From NCBI GenBank assembly GCA_031413115.1, contig JANOEH010000170.1, forward strand, positions 1-62,675: 62,675 nt of DNA. The letters are read 5' to 3'. Each line of letters starts with the position of its first letter. Positions within the stretch are counted from its first letter, which is position 1. The position numbers were made by a program, and so were the translations under genes. The stretch is from Candidatus Eiseniibacteriota bacterium. Lineage in GTDB: Bacteria; Eisenbacteria; RBG-16-71-46; DASYSL01. The notes beneath the pieces are model-generated. The model was given only the letters and a program-made list of their open reading frames with translations, did not search any database and had not been told where the DNA came from. Below, in pieces: positions 53,496 to 61,712 of this stretch.

Positions 53496-54869
53496 CTACC
53501 TTAGGGTCAGGAGCATTTGGATGGACTCTTGCCCGCTCTTCGAAGAGCCCAAAGCCTTGCCAATGACGGCTCCGGTGGCCGGATGATCGCCGGCACGCAT
53601 CGCGCGACCCGGCTGCGAAGAGGGGACGAGCAGGTCCCCCGCCCGGATAGGGCCGTTCTGATCGCACACCTTGACGGGCACGACCCCGACGATCGCCAGT
53701 GCGGCCATGCCCCCGGGCATGTTCTGCTCCGTCGCTCCGCCGAGGAACGCGGGCTTGGTCGAGTAGACCCCCGCGACATTCGTCTGCTCGGAACTGGTCG
53801 TGAGGACAAGGAGTCCATCGGGGTCGATTGCCAGGACGTCTCCGGGTCCCACGTCTCCGCGGGAGGGAAGGAGTTCAGCGAAGTCCGCCGCGGGGCTGGC
53901 GAAGGTCCCGTCGGCGCGCACGTTTCCGGCGGCGTCGACGTAAAACCGCAGTCCGCCGTTGCTATAGGCCTCGATCGAGCGGCCGTTGGAGCTGACAGCC
54001 TTGACTCCGGTGCCATTCACGGATTGCCCCTCAACTCCGCTTCCATCGGCCGTGCTGATTCCCTTGACTCCCACCCCGAGGTTACAGCCTTCGGGAAACG
54101 CGCAGCCCGCCGCGACACCGATGACGCCGATCTCGCTGAACTGCTCTCCGCTCGAGAACCAGGCGCCGTTGCTCGCACCAATGATCGCAATCTTGGAACT
54201 GGAACCAAGGACGCCGAACCCGCCGCTCGAGTTGTCTCCCCACACGCCCGTCGAGTTGACTCCGCCGCCGGCGCGGCCCGCGACACCCAGACCTCCCCCA
54301 TTGTTCTCGCCGTAGACGCCGCTGGCGAAGGTGCTATTGGAGTGTCCTTCGACGCCGTTCAGGCTCGAGCTTGTCGCGTAGAGGCCGTTGCCAGAATTGC
54401 CGGTCAGCGAGAGCGTCGGGCTGCCGACGTCTCCGGCCACGGTGGCGCCCGGGCGGAGGGAAAGCGCGTACGGCGTCGGCTGGATCTCGACGCGGGGACT
54501 GAGCGTCGTGTAGCTCCCGGGATTGGAGTTGAGTTTCATCCGGATCTCGAGCCACCGGCGGTCGCCCTGGAAAACGTCGCCGAAATTCATGTCGTTGACG
54601 AGCAGGTAGCCGTTGACGACCTGGACGTTGCTCTTCACGAACTGGTTGAGATCGACGCCACCCGTCGCGTCGTCAAAGAGATGGAAATCGAAGTCATAGA
54701 AATTGTTCGCCGGAGCGTTTGCGTCGAAAAGCGTGCCGTGATAAGTGAACGCCGTTGAAATGACCGCTTGAACCGAAGCCTTCTCCGGCTCCGCCGCCAA
54801 TGTCGGCAGCGGCAGAATCATTGCCAACCCAACCAGCCACGCTGCGTTTGGAATCCTGACAGACGTCAT
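53496..54869 (-). CDS. secreted Gly/Ser-rich beta-helix-like repeat protein with a tail-fibre-like C-terminal domain
   Basis: The ATG at 54869 lies inside track ORF 53496..55130 and gives 457 aa. The signal peptide is AAWLVGLAMILPLPTLAAE. GVxG/GVyG repeats recur (GVEGHS, GVYGEN, GVAGRA, GVWGDN, GVLGSS, GVKGIS...). The C-terminal ADFAELLPS...GDVLAID...VAGVYSTKP...LAIVGVVPVKV...AGDLL resembles the tail-fibre/appendage C-termini I remember. Confidence 0.6.
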   Translation of the reverse strand: MTSVRIPNAAWLVGLAMILPLPTLAAEPEKASVQAVISTAFTYHGTLFDANAPANNFYDFDFHLFDDATGGVDLNQFVKSNVQVVNGYLLVNDMNFGDVFQGDRRWLEIRMKLNSNPGSYTTLSPRVEIQPTPYALSLRPGATVAGDVGSPTLSLTGNSGNGLYATSSSLNGVEGHSNSTFASGVYGENNGGGLGVAGRAGGGVNSTGVWGDNSSGGFGVLGSSSKIAIIGASNGAWFSSGEQFSEIGVIGVAAGCAFPEGCNLGVGVKGISTADGSGVEGQSVNGTGVKAVSSNGRSIEAYSNGGLRFYVDAAGNVRADGTFASPAADFAELLPSRGDVGPGDVLAIDPDGLLVLTTSSEQTNVAGVYSTKPAFLGGATEQNMPGGMAALAIVGVVPVKVCDQNGPIRAGDLLVPSSQPGRAMRAGDHPATGAVIGKALGSSKSGQESIQMLLTLR

Positions 54870-55270
54870 GATGTTCCCCCTTGGATGGATGTGATGCAGC
54901 GCAGCAGTGGCACGGAGCTTGAGGCCGGGGAGCTTCGGGACAGCGCGCCCCTGTGAAGAACGGCGAGGAGGTTCCAGCCGGGGGGATCGACGTTGGAGCA
55001 GAGCGGATGGACAGCTGGCAACTCTATGTGGCGCGAAGCGGAGGGAGCATGTCACATCCGTCCGTCGCGCGTCAAGTTGCAATCCACACACTGCGGATGC
55101 TGAGTAATCCTGTCCGGGATCACCTATCAATAAAAATGTCCGTCCATGGGATCACCGATCGGGAGGGATCCGCTGCCCGGGCAAACAGGACTACTCCCCT
55201 GTGCGGGGAGTGGCCACACCCAGTGGCAGGAACGGAGCCCGGTGCCACGTCGCGGCGCGACCAAAGGATC

Positions 55271-55303
55271 CGGAACATGAACGGGCCGGCTTGCGCCGAC
55301 CCG
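55271..55303 (-). terminator. intrinsic terminator candidate after the HY-repeat protein gene
   Basis: On the minus strand, CGGGUCGGC-GCAA-GCCGGCCCG forms a 9-bp stem (one G-U pair) with a GNRA tetraloop, followed by UUCAUGUUCC. It lies 44 nt after the stop at 55347. Confidence 0.35.
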
Positions 55304-55346
55304 GTTCGTGCACGGTCACGATTGGCTTCCCCGAATGGATCCCTTC

Positions 55347-56144
55347 CTACCGATACTGCGACTTCAGCCTCCCCCACGTCGTCGGGCCGGCTTCCGTCGG
55401 AATGACCTTTTCGGTGGGCACCATGAGTAGTTGGTCCTGATCGAGCACGATCTGCGCGAACGGGATGAACTGATCGGCGAAGGTCGCCGTCCAGGTCGTG
55501 TTCGAGGGATCGATGTTGTAGACCACGTAGTGCTGGTTCGGATCCACGATCGGATGGACGAGACCGTCCGCGGTCCGCTTCTCGACGGGCGTGCAGAAGA
55601 ACCTCGGTTCCGCGACGATCGCCGGCCGGCCGAAGAACTGGTCGATGAGGAACACCTGTGCGTCGACCTTTTCGCCGATGCATGCATAGCACTTGTAGTG
55701 GTTGGCGACGGGAAGCGGTGTACCCGGCGCTGCGTTCTTGTTGGCCGGGTTGAGCAGGTAGACCGACCGATCAAGCTTGATGAACTGCTCTCCGAACTGG
55801 TTGATCGCGATGAGATCCTGGCTGAAGGGAAGCTGGGGATCGAGTTCCCACCAGCTGTAGTGGAGTTCCGGCCGGTGGATCGGGAAGATCGCGGCGCCGT
55901 GCCGCTTCTCGACCGGATTGGCGAACCAGTCGAGGATCTTCGTCGAGTGCGTCGTGGTCTGGAACTGGTCCCGGAGCGTCACCTGCGTGCTGAAGGGCAC
56001 GTGGGGATCGACGTGATAGACCTTGTAGTGGTCCCACGTGGGGTCGATCTGTGCCTGGGCGAGGCTCGCGGGCACGACGAGCGCAGCCAGCAGGAGCATC
56101 GGGGCCAGCAGCCCCCGGTGAAGTCGGAGCATATGAGCATTCAT
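55347..56144 (-). CDS. secreted protein built from four HY...DQF repeats and ending in the TWGRLKSQYR tag
   Basis: The ATG at 56144 (MNAHMLRLHRG) lies inside track ORF 55347..56381 and gives 265 aa. The signal peptide is LLAPMLLLAALVVPASLAQA. The repeats begin HYKVYHV, HYSWWEL, HYKCYAC and HYVVYNI, and each contains DQF or NQF. The C-terminus is ...VIPTEAGPTTWGRLKSQYR. Confidence 0.7.
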   Translation of the reverse strand: MNAHMLRLHRGLLAPMLLLAALVVPASLAQAQIDPTWDHYKVYHVDPHVPFSTQVTLRDQFQTTTHSTKILDWFANPVEKRHGAAIFPIHRPELHYSWWELDPQLPFSQDLIAINQFGEQFIKLDRSVYLLNPANKNAAPGTPLPVANHYKCYACIGEKVDAQVFLIDQFFGRPAIVAEPRFFCTPVEKRTADGLVHPIVDPNQHYVVYNIDPSNTTWTATFADQFIPFAQIVLDQDQLLMVPTEKVIPTEAGPTTWGRLKSQYR

Positions 56145-56439
56145 TGTGGAGCACCGCCAATCACGCCGCGGCTCGGCGGGAATCCTCACCATTGCGCAAC
56201 GATTCCCGTGCGAGCGCAGCAGTGGATGCCAGCGATTCATGGGCTCGAGACGGGGGGAAGAGGGCTCTGCAACGATGCGCGCCGTCGGGGGCGGCCCTGG
56301 AGGGATGATCCTGCGGATGAACCGAGCCTGCTTGAGAACCCGAGCGGCACGATTCTGGACCCGCGTCCCGCCTGAGTCCACCGGATTTTCGGGCGTGAAA
56401 AGCGGGCTCGCTCCAGGCCACCCGAGACCTCGGGGCGGG

Positions 56440-57978
56440 CTAGTGCAGCGGCATGGAGAGGTAGCCGCGCACCTCGGGGTAGCGGTTGTGCGTGTCCGCG
56501 TAGTCCTCGTAGTCGTTGTCGGAGAGATACAGCAGGTACTGGGCGCCGACGTCGAGGGAGCTCGCGATGGGGACGTTCAGGCGGACGCGCGTGGTCGACA
56601 GGTGGTGATCGCCCGCGGTGCCGTTGAGCGTGTGGATCCAGTACTGGCTGTGGGCGACCAGGAACAGCGGTCGGTCGTGGCGCATGATCGCCGCGGACAG
56701 CGAGGCCGACACGCCCGGACCGTAATCGTACGACCGCCCCGTGAAGCTCGCGTAGTCGGACTGCACGCCGCCCAGGATGATGCCGTTCAGGTGCACCTGC
56801 GTGTCGATGGGGCCGACCGGGGTGTTCGCGAAGCGCGAGAGGAGACCGGCGCCGAGGCTCTGCTGGCCGGCCTCGTAGGCAAACGTGTTCGCGTAATCGA
56901 AGTTGAGGAATGCGCCCAGCAGGTGCTGCGTGTCGTCGGACTTCTTGAGCTGCGTCGCACCGAGCAGACCGTGCGCCTTGAGGCCGGCCAGCGTGGAAGC
57001 TTCCCCGAAGTTGAGCAGCGCGGCCAGTTCGATCGAGTCGAAGGGCTTCTTGCGGTCGCCCTTGAAGGGATCGCCGTAGAAGCCGCGCAGTTCGACGAAG
57101 ACGCGCGTGGTGTCGGTTTCCCAGACCTTGTCCTCGCCGACGGTCCGGAGTCCGGCGTCAAGCTGCAGCGCCTGCGAGCTCGGGAACCGCCCCTCCGGAT
57201 TGGGACCGACGCGGGACCAGTCGCCCGTGACCATGCGATTGAAGCCGCGCATCGGGTTGACCAGAAATCCGCCCACCTCGCGCCAGCGCCGCCCGCCCCC
57301 CGTGGCCGTGTTGTCGAGAACCATGTCCGAGAGCCGCCACATCATTTCGCCCAGCGACGTGCCGCCGATGCTGGTGTTCACCCAGTCGTTGTAGGCGGCA
57401 TGATGCGTCTCGTAGAAGTGTTCCCACATGAAGCTGCCGGCGAAGGCGAACGGGATCGACTGCCAGAAGTCGTAGCCATTGGACCGCGCGGCATTGAAGT
57501 ACAGGCTCCCGTGATACGGGTGCGCGAACTGGTTGGTCGCGAAACTGTTGTCGTCCCACTCGTAGCCGTTCTCGAAGTTCTCCTGCCACGAGTTGAACCC
57601 GATCCGGAATCCGGGGTTCTCGCCGCCCTGGCGGATGTAGCGGTTGTAGGACCAGATCAGCGTGTTGATCCCCACGACCTCGCTGGCGGCCAGGAGGAAG
57701 CGCTTGTTCCGGGGACCGAGATACACCGTGGTGTCGGCGACGGTCAGTTGCGGCGCCGCGGAGTCGCCGGGAACGGCCGCGAACAGGTCGAGCGCGGGCG
57801 GGTCGAAGGTCGACGCCACGAGAATCGGCGCGTCGATCATCGACGCGGCGAGGGTCGGCACGGCGGAATCGGCCGCGACGACATCCTCCGCCGAGGCGGA
57901 AGCGGCGAAGTTCGAGTCGAACGAGAGGCACATTGCGACGATGGCGAAAACCCGGGGCACGCGTGGGAGGCGGATCAT
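56440..57978 (-). CDS. secreted/outer-membrane-associated protein, DUF3943-like
   Basis: The ATG at 57978 lies inside track ORF 56440..58218 and gives 512 aa. The signal peptide is VFAIVAMCLSFDSNFAASASA. WDDNSFATNQFAHPYHGSLYFNAARSNG resembles the DUF3943 core as I remember it. Confidence 0.6.
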   Translation of the reverse strand: MIRLPRVPRVFAIVAMCLSFDSNFAASASAEDVVAADSAVPTLAASMIDAPILVASTFDPPALDLFAAVPGDSAAPQLTVADTTVYLGPRNKRFLLAASEVVGINTLIWSYNRYIRQGGENPGFRIGFNSWQENFENGYEWDDNSFATNQFAHPYHGSLYFNAARSNGYDFWQSIPFAFAGSFMWEHFYETHHAAYNDWVNTSIGGTSLGEMMWRLSDMVLDNTATGGGRRWREVGGFLVNPMRGFNRMVTGDWSRVGPNPEGRFPSSQALQLDAGLRTVGEDKVWETDTTRVFVELRGFYGDPFKGDRKKPFDSIELAALLNFGEASTLAGLKAHGLLGATQLKKSDDTQHLLGAFLNFDYANTFAYEAGQQSLGAGLLSRFANTPVGPIDTQVHLNGIILGGVQSDYASFTGRSYDYGPGVSASLSAAIMRHDRPLFLVAHSQYWIHTLNGTAGDHHLSTTRVRLNVPIASSLDVGAQYLLYLSDNDYEDYADTHNRYPEVRGYLSMPLH

Positions 57979-58165
57979 GCGCGGTAGGCTAAGGGAAAGT
58001 CTCCGCGGTCGCAAGCCGGCCGTCACGCGATCTCCCTGAATTTCCACGGGTCGGTCTCGCGGGATGGTGTTCACTCCGGCCGGGGACCCTGCTATGGTTC
58101 GGGCCGTCCCGCTTCGACTGCAAGCGGTGCGCTCCGGGCCACCGTGCCCGTTCACGGAGAACCTG

Positions 58166-58828
58166 ATGAAGACTCGCCGAGGACTCGGCCTTCTGCGGAC
58201 CACGACGCTCGCGCTCACGGCCGCATGCGTGATGCTTCCCCTGACCGGCGCGCCAACGCTTGCCGCCAGCCCGGTGGATCGTCACGACTGGACGATCGGA
58301 CTCGCCACGCGCGTCGGACGCGCGTCCGTCGAGTTGAACGGAGGACCGGGGGAACTCGATTGGTCGCGCGGCGCCTCCCCGGAGTTCCGCGCCGCTCGCA
58401 TGCTCGGCGATCACTGGTCGATCGGCCTCCAGAACCGGCAGTGGCTCAACGAGGGCGGCCTGGCGGGATACAAGGTGCGGGGAAACGTGCAGAACCTCGG
58501 CCTCCAGCTGACGGCCTACCCCGGGAGCACGACGAACCTGGCAAGCGGCCTGTTCGTCCAGGCCGGCTACGGGTTCGCGCACGGCCGCCTGTCCGCGCTC
58601 GAGCCCTACGCGGGCGGCTCGAACGAGTGGGGCGAGACCTACGAAGTGCTCGACAAGCACGATGCAGAGGGCTGGGGCGCCTCGGCCGGTCTGGGCTACG
58701 AGTTCCGCATTGCCCGCAACTTCGCCGCCGGCGCGTCGACGACGTACAACTACCTGAAGTTCGACGACGAAATCTTCGACCGGGTGGAGTTCTTCTCGAG
58801 CGGGCTGAACCTCAACTGGTATTTCTGA
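58166..58828 (+). CDS. outer-membrane beta-barrel protein (small, OmpW/OmpA-barrel-like)
   Basis: The ATG at 58166 gives 220 aa. The signal peptide is TTLALTAACVMLPLTGAPTLAA. The sequence alternates hydrophobic beta-strand patterns and ends in the C-terminal beta-signal LNLNWYF. Confidence 0.7.
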   Translation: MKTRRGLGLLRTTTLALTAACVMLPLTGAPTLAASPVDRHDWTIGLATRVGRASVELNGGPGELDWSRGASPEFRAARMLGDHWSIGLQNRQWLNEGGLAGYKVRGNVQNLGLQLTAYPGSTTNLASGLFVQAGYGFAHGRLSALEPYAGGSNEWGETYEVLDKHDAEGWGASAGLGYEFRIARNFAAGASTTYNYLKFDDEIFDRVEFFSSGLNLNWYF

Positions 58829-58872
58829 TCGTTCGCGGCTGAGCGAAGAATCACGAAGCGCCCCGGCGACGG

Positions 58873-60600
58873 CTAGAGCTTCCGGTACCGAGGTCCCCCG
58901 CCACCCTCGGGCGGCACCCAGGTGATCACCTGGTAGGGATCCATGATGTCGCAGGTCTTGCAGTGCACGCAGTTGCTCGCGTTGAGCCGCAGCTTCGTCC
59001 CGCCGGCGGTCGAGTCCATCACCATCTCGTAGACGTTCGCCGGGCAGAAGTGCTGGCAGGGGTTGCCGTACTCGCGCTTGCAGCGGTCGTTGCACAGCGA
59101 CGCGACGTCCTCGGGCGTGATCACCAGGTGCGCGGGCTGGTCCTCCTCGTGAATCGTGCCGGAGTGATACAGGTCGGACAGCTTCTCGAGCTGGTCGGGC
59201 AGCGCGAACTTCTTCGCCACCGTCGGCTGGCCGGCGATCGCCTTCACCGCATCCGGCGGCAGCTCCTGGTCGAGCCGGCGCATGCGCGTGTGGCCCGCCA
59301 CCGTCGCCGAACCCTCGTACGGTGCCCAGCCGCCGGTCACGGTCTGCAGTCCGGTGAATGCCATGCCCGCCCACAGCCCGCCGTCGAAGCCCTGGTGGAA
59401 GTTGCGCCCGGCCCACAGTTCGCGATGCGCCCACGAGTCCTTGAAGCGCGTGCGGTAGGTGGCGAGCTGCGCGAGCGACAGGTCGTTCTTCAGCAGGCCA
59501 TCGAAGATCGTCTCCGCCGCGAGCATGCCCGACTTCATCGCCAGGTGGATGCCCTTGAGACGCGCGGCATTGAGGTTGCCGCCCGAGTCGCCGACGAACA
59601 GCGCGCCGTCGGCCACCGCCTCGGGCATCGCGTTGTAGCCGCCCAGCGGCACGGCCTTCGCGCCGTAGCCTGTGACCTTTCCGCCGTCGAGCAGCGCGGC
59701 GAGCCACGGGTGCGCCTTGAACTTCTGCAGCTCCTCGTGCAGGTCGAGCGTGGGCCGGCGGTAGTCGAGCCCGATGACCAGGCCGAGCGACAGGAGATTC
59801 GCGTCCATCCCGTACAGCCACGAGCCGCCGTAGGTCTTGGTGTCGAGCGGATGGCCCATCGTGTGGACGACGTGCCCCTTCGGGAAGCGCCCCGCGGGCA
59901 GCTCCCAGACTTCCTTCACGCCGGTGCCGTAGACCTGCGGGTGTGCGGGGCGATCGAGCCCCAGCGCGCCGGGCGCGCCCAGCTTCTTCTGCAGCGTGCC
60001 GCGCGGGCCCTCGCCGAAGACGGTGACGCGCGCGCGCAGCTCGCTGCCGGGCTCGTAGTTCGCCTTGTGCGCGCCGTGCCTGTCGATGCCCTTGTCGCCC
60101 GTGATCACGCCGGCGATGCGCGCGCCGTCCATCACCACGTCGACCGCGGGCGTGGCGGTCAGGACGTAGGCGCCGGTCTCCTCGACCCTGGTGCCCAGCC
60201 AGCGCACCGCGTCGCCCAGCGAGATGACGAAGTTGCCGTGGTTCATCAGCGGCGGCGGCGTGATCGGGAAGCGCAGCTTCGCGGTCGGCGTGAGGAAGTA
60301 GACGTCCTCGCCGGTGACTTCGCTCTCGATCGGGAAGCCCTGCGCGCGCCAGTCGGGCATCAGCTCGTTCAGTGCGATCGGGTCGAGCACGGCGCCGGAG
60401 AGGCCGTGGTCGCCGATCTCGGCGCTCTTCTCGACGACGGCGAGCTGGATCTCGCCGAGCGCGGGCCCAGGGTGCGTGCCCGCGGCGACCGCGTCATGGT
60501 GCCGCGCGATGAGGTTCGACAGGTGGAGCGCGCCGGCCAGGTTCGCAGGGCCGGCGCCGACGAACAGGACGTCGACTTCGAGGACCTCGCGCTCGCTCAT
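58873..60600 (-). CDS. electron-transfer flavoprotein:quinone oxidoreductase (ETF-QO)
   Basis: The ATG at 60600 (MSEREVLE) gives 575 aa. The FAD motif is [15 protein letters not shown]. The 4Fe-4S region is [12 protein letters not shown]...CVHCKTCDI, and the protein ends in [14 protein letters not shown]. Confidence 0.9.
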   Translation of the reverse strand: MSEREVLEVDVLFVGAGPANLAGALHLSNLIARHHDAVAAGTHPGPALGEIQLAVVEKSAEIGDHGLSGAVLDPIALNELMPDWRAQGFPIESEVTGEDVYFLTPTAKLRFPITPPPLMNHGNFVISLGDAVRWLGTRVEETGAYVLTATPAVDVVMDGARIAGVITGDKGIDRHGAHKANYEPGSELRARVTVFGEGPRGTLQKKLGAPGALGLDRPAHPQVYGTGVKEVWELPAGRFPKGHVVHTMGHPLDTKTYGGSWLYGMDANLLSLGLVIGLDYRRPTLDLHEELQKFKAHPWLAALLDGGKVTGYGAKAVPLGGYNAMPEAVADGALFVGDSGGNLNAARLKGIHLAMKSGMLAAETIFDGLLKNDLSLAQLATYRTRFKDSWAHRELWAGRNFHQGFDGGLWAGMAFTGLQTVTGGWAPYEGSATVAGHTRMRRLDQELPPDAVKAIAGQPTVAKKFALPDQLEKLSDLYHSGTIHEEDQPAHLVITPEDVASLCNDRCKREYGNPCQHFCPANVYEMVMDSTAGGTKLRLNASNCVHCKTCDIMDPYQVITWVPPEGGGGPRYRKL

Positions 60601-61577
60601 CGCGGCGCCGCCTGCGCGGCCTGCACCGTCGCCTGCGCGTGGTGCCGCGCCTCGAGCCAGCGCTCGGCGTCGATCGCCGCCATGCAACCCGAGCCCGCGG
60701 CGGTCACGGCCTGGCGGTAGGTCTTGTCCTGCACGTCGCCGGCGGCGAAGACCCCCTCGAGGTTCGTCTTCGTTCCGTCGTGCGTCGTGATGTAGCCCGT
60801 CTCGTCCATGTCGAGCACGCCCTGGAACGGCTGCGAGTTCGGCTGGTGCCCGATGGCGACGAACAGCCCGCTGACGTCGACCGTGCGCCGCTCGTTCGTG
60901 TTCACGTCCTCGACCACGATGCCGGTCACCTTCTTGCCCAGGCTCTCGCCCTCGCCCTTCACCTCGACGACGGCGGCGTTCATGATCCACCGGATCTTGG
61001 GATTCGCCTGCGCCCGCGCCAACATGATCTTCGAGGCGCGGAACTCGTCGCGACGATGGATCACGGTGACCGAGCGGGCGAAGCGCGTGAGGTAGGTCGC
61101 CTCCTCCATCGCCGTATCGCCACCGCCGACCACCGCGATGTCCTGCTCCTTGAAGAAGAACCCGTCGCAGGTGGCGCAGGCCGACACGCCGAAGCCCATG
61201 AACACCTTTTCCGACGGCAGGCCGATCAACTTGGCCGACGCGCCGGTCGCGACGATGAGCGCCTCGGATTCCTCGGTGTGCTCGTCGTCGATCGTGACCT
61301 TGAACGGGTGGCCGGAGAGGTCGACCGCGGTGACCGTGCCCTCGATGAACCCGGTGCCGAAGCGGCGCGCCTGCGCCTCCATCTCCTCCATCAACGCCGG
61401 GCCCATGATCCCGTCCTTGAAACCGGGATAGTTCTCGACCTCGGTCGTGATCGTGAGCTGCCCACCGCGCTGCACGCCGTGGACGATGGTCGGCTTGAGG
61501 CCGGCACGCGCGGTGTAGATCGCGGCGGTCAGGCCGGCGGCGCCGGAACCGAGGATGAGGACCTGGTGAAGTGCCAT
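60597..61577 (-). CDS. trxB: thioredoxin-disulfide reductase
   Basis: The ATG at 61577 (MALHQV) gives 326 aa. Motifs seen: [18 protein letters not shown], the redox-active [26 protein letters not shown]. Its stop overlaps the ETF-QO start (ATGA). Confidence 0.95.
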   Translation of the reverse strand: MALHQVLILGSGAAGLTAAIYTARAGLKPTIVHGVQRGGQLTITTEVENYPGFKDGIMGPALMEEMEAQARRFGTGFIEGTVTAVDLSGHPFKVTIDDEHTEESEALIVATGASAKLIGLPSEKVFMGFGVSACATCDGFFFKEQDIAVVGGGDTAMEEATYLTRFARSVTVIHRRDEFRASKIMLARAQANPKIRWIMNAAVVEVKGEGESLGKKVTGIVVEDVNTNERRTVDVSGLFVAIGHQPNSQPFQGVLDMDETGYITTHDGTKTNLEGVFAAGDVQDKTYRQAVTAAGSGCMAAIDAERWLEARHHAQATVQAAQAAPR

Positions 61578-61613
61578 GCGGGGGTGACTCCCGGGTCGGG
61601 GGGACGATGTTCT

Positions 61614-61672
61614 CTTGTGGATGCGCGTACGGTCCGTACGGTTCGTACGAACCGTACGCACTCCTCCGGAAG
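61614..61672 (-). repeat. conserved intergenic element, copy 2: four CGTACG palindromes at a 9-bp period plus conserved flanks
   Basis: CGTACG starts at 61626, 61635, 61644 and 61653. The reverse complement reads cttccggaggagtg cgtacg gtt cgtacg aac cgtacg gac cgtacg cgcatccacaag. Against copy 1, only the central 3-nt spacer and a few flank bases differ. Confidence 0.8.
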
Positions 61673-61712
61673 ACCCTGGAAGCCCCCGGCTTGACGATTC
61701 GTGATAAGTCGA

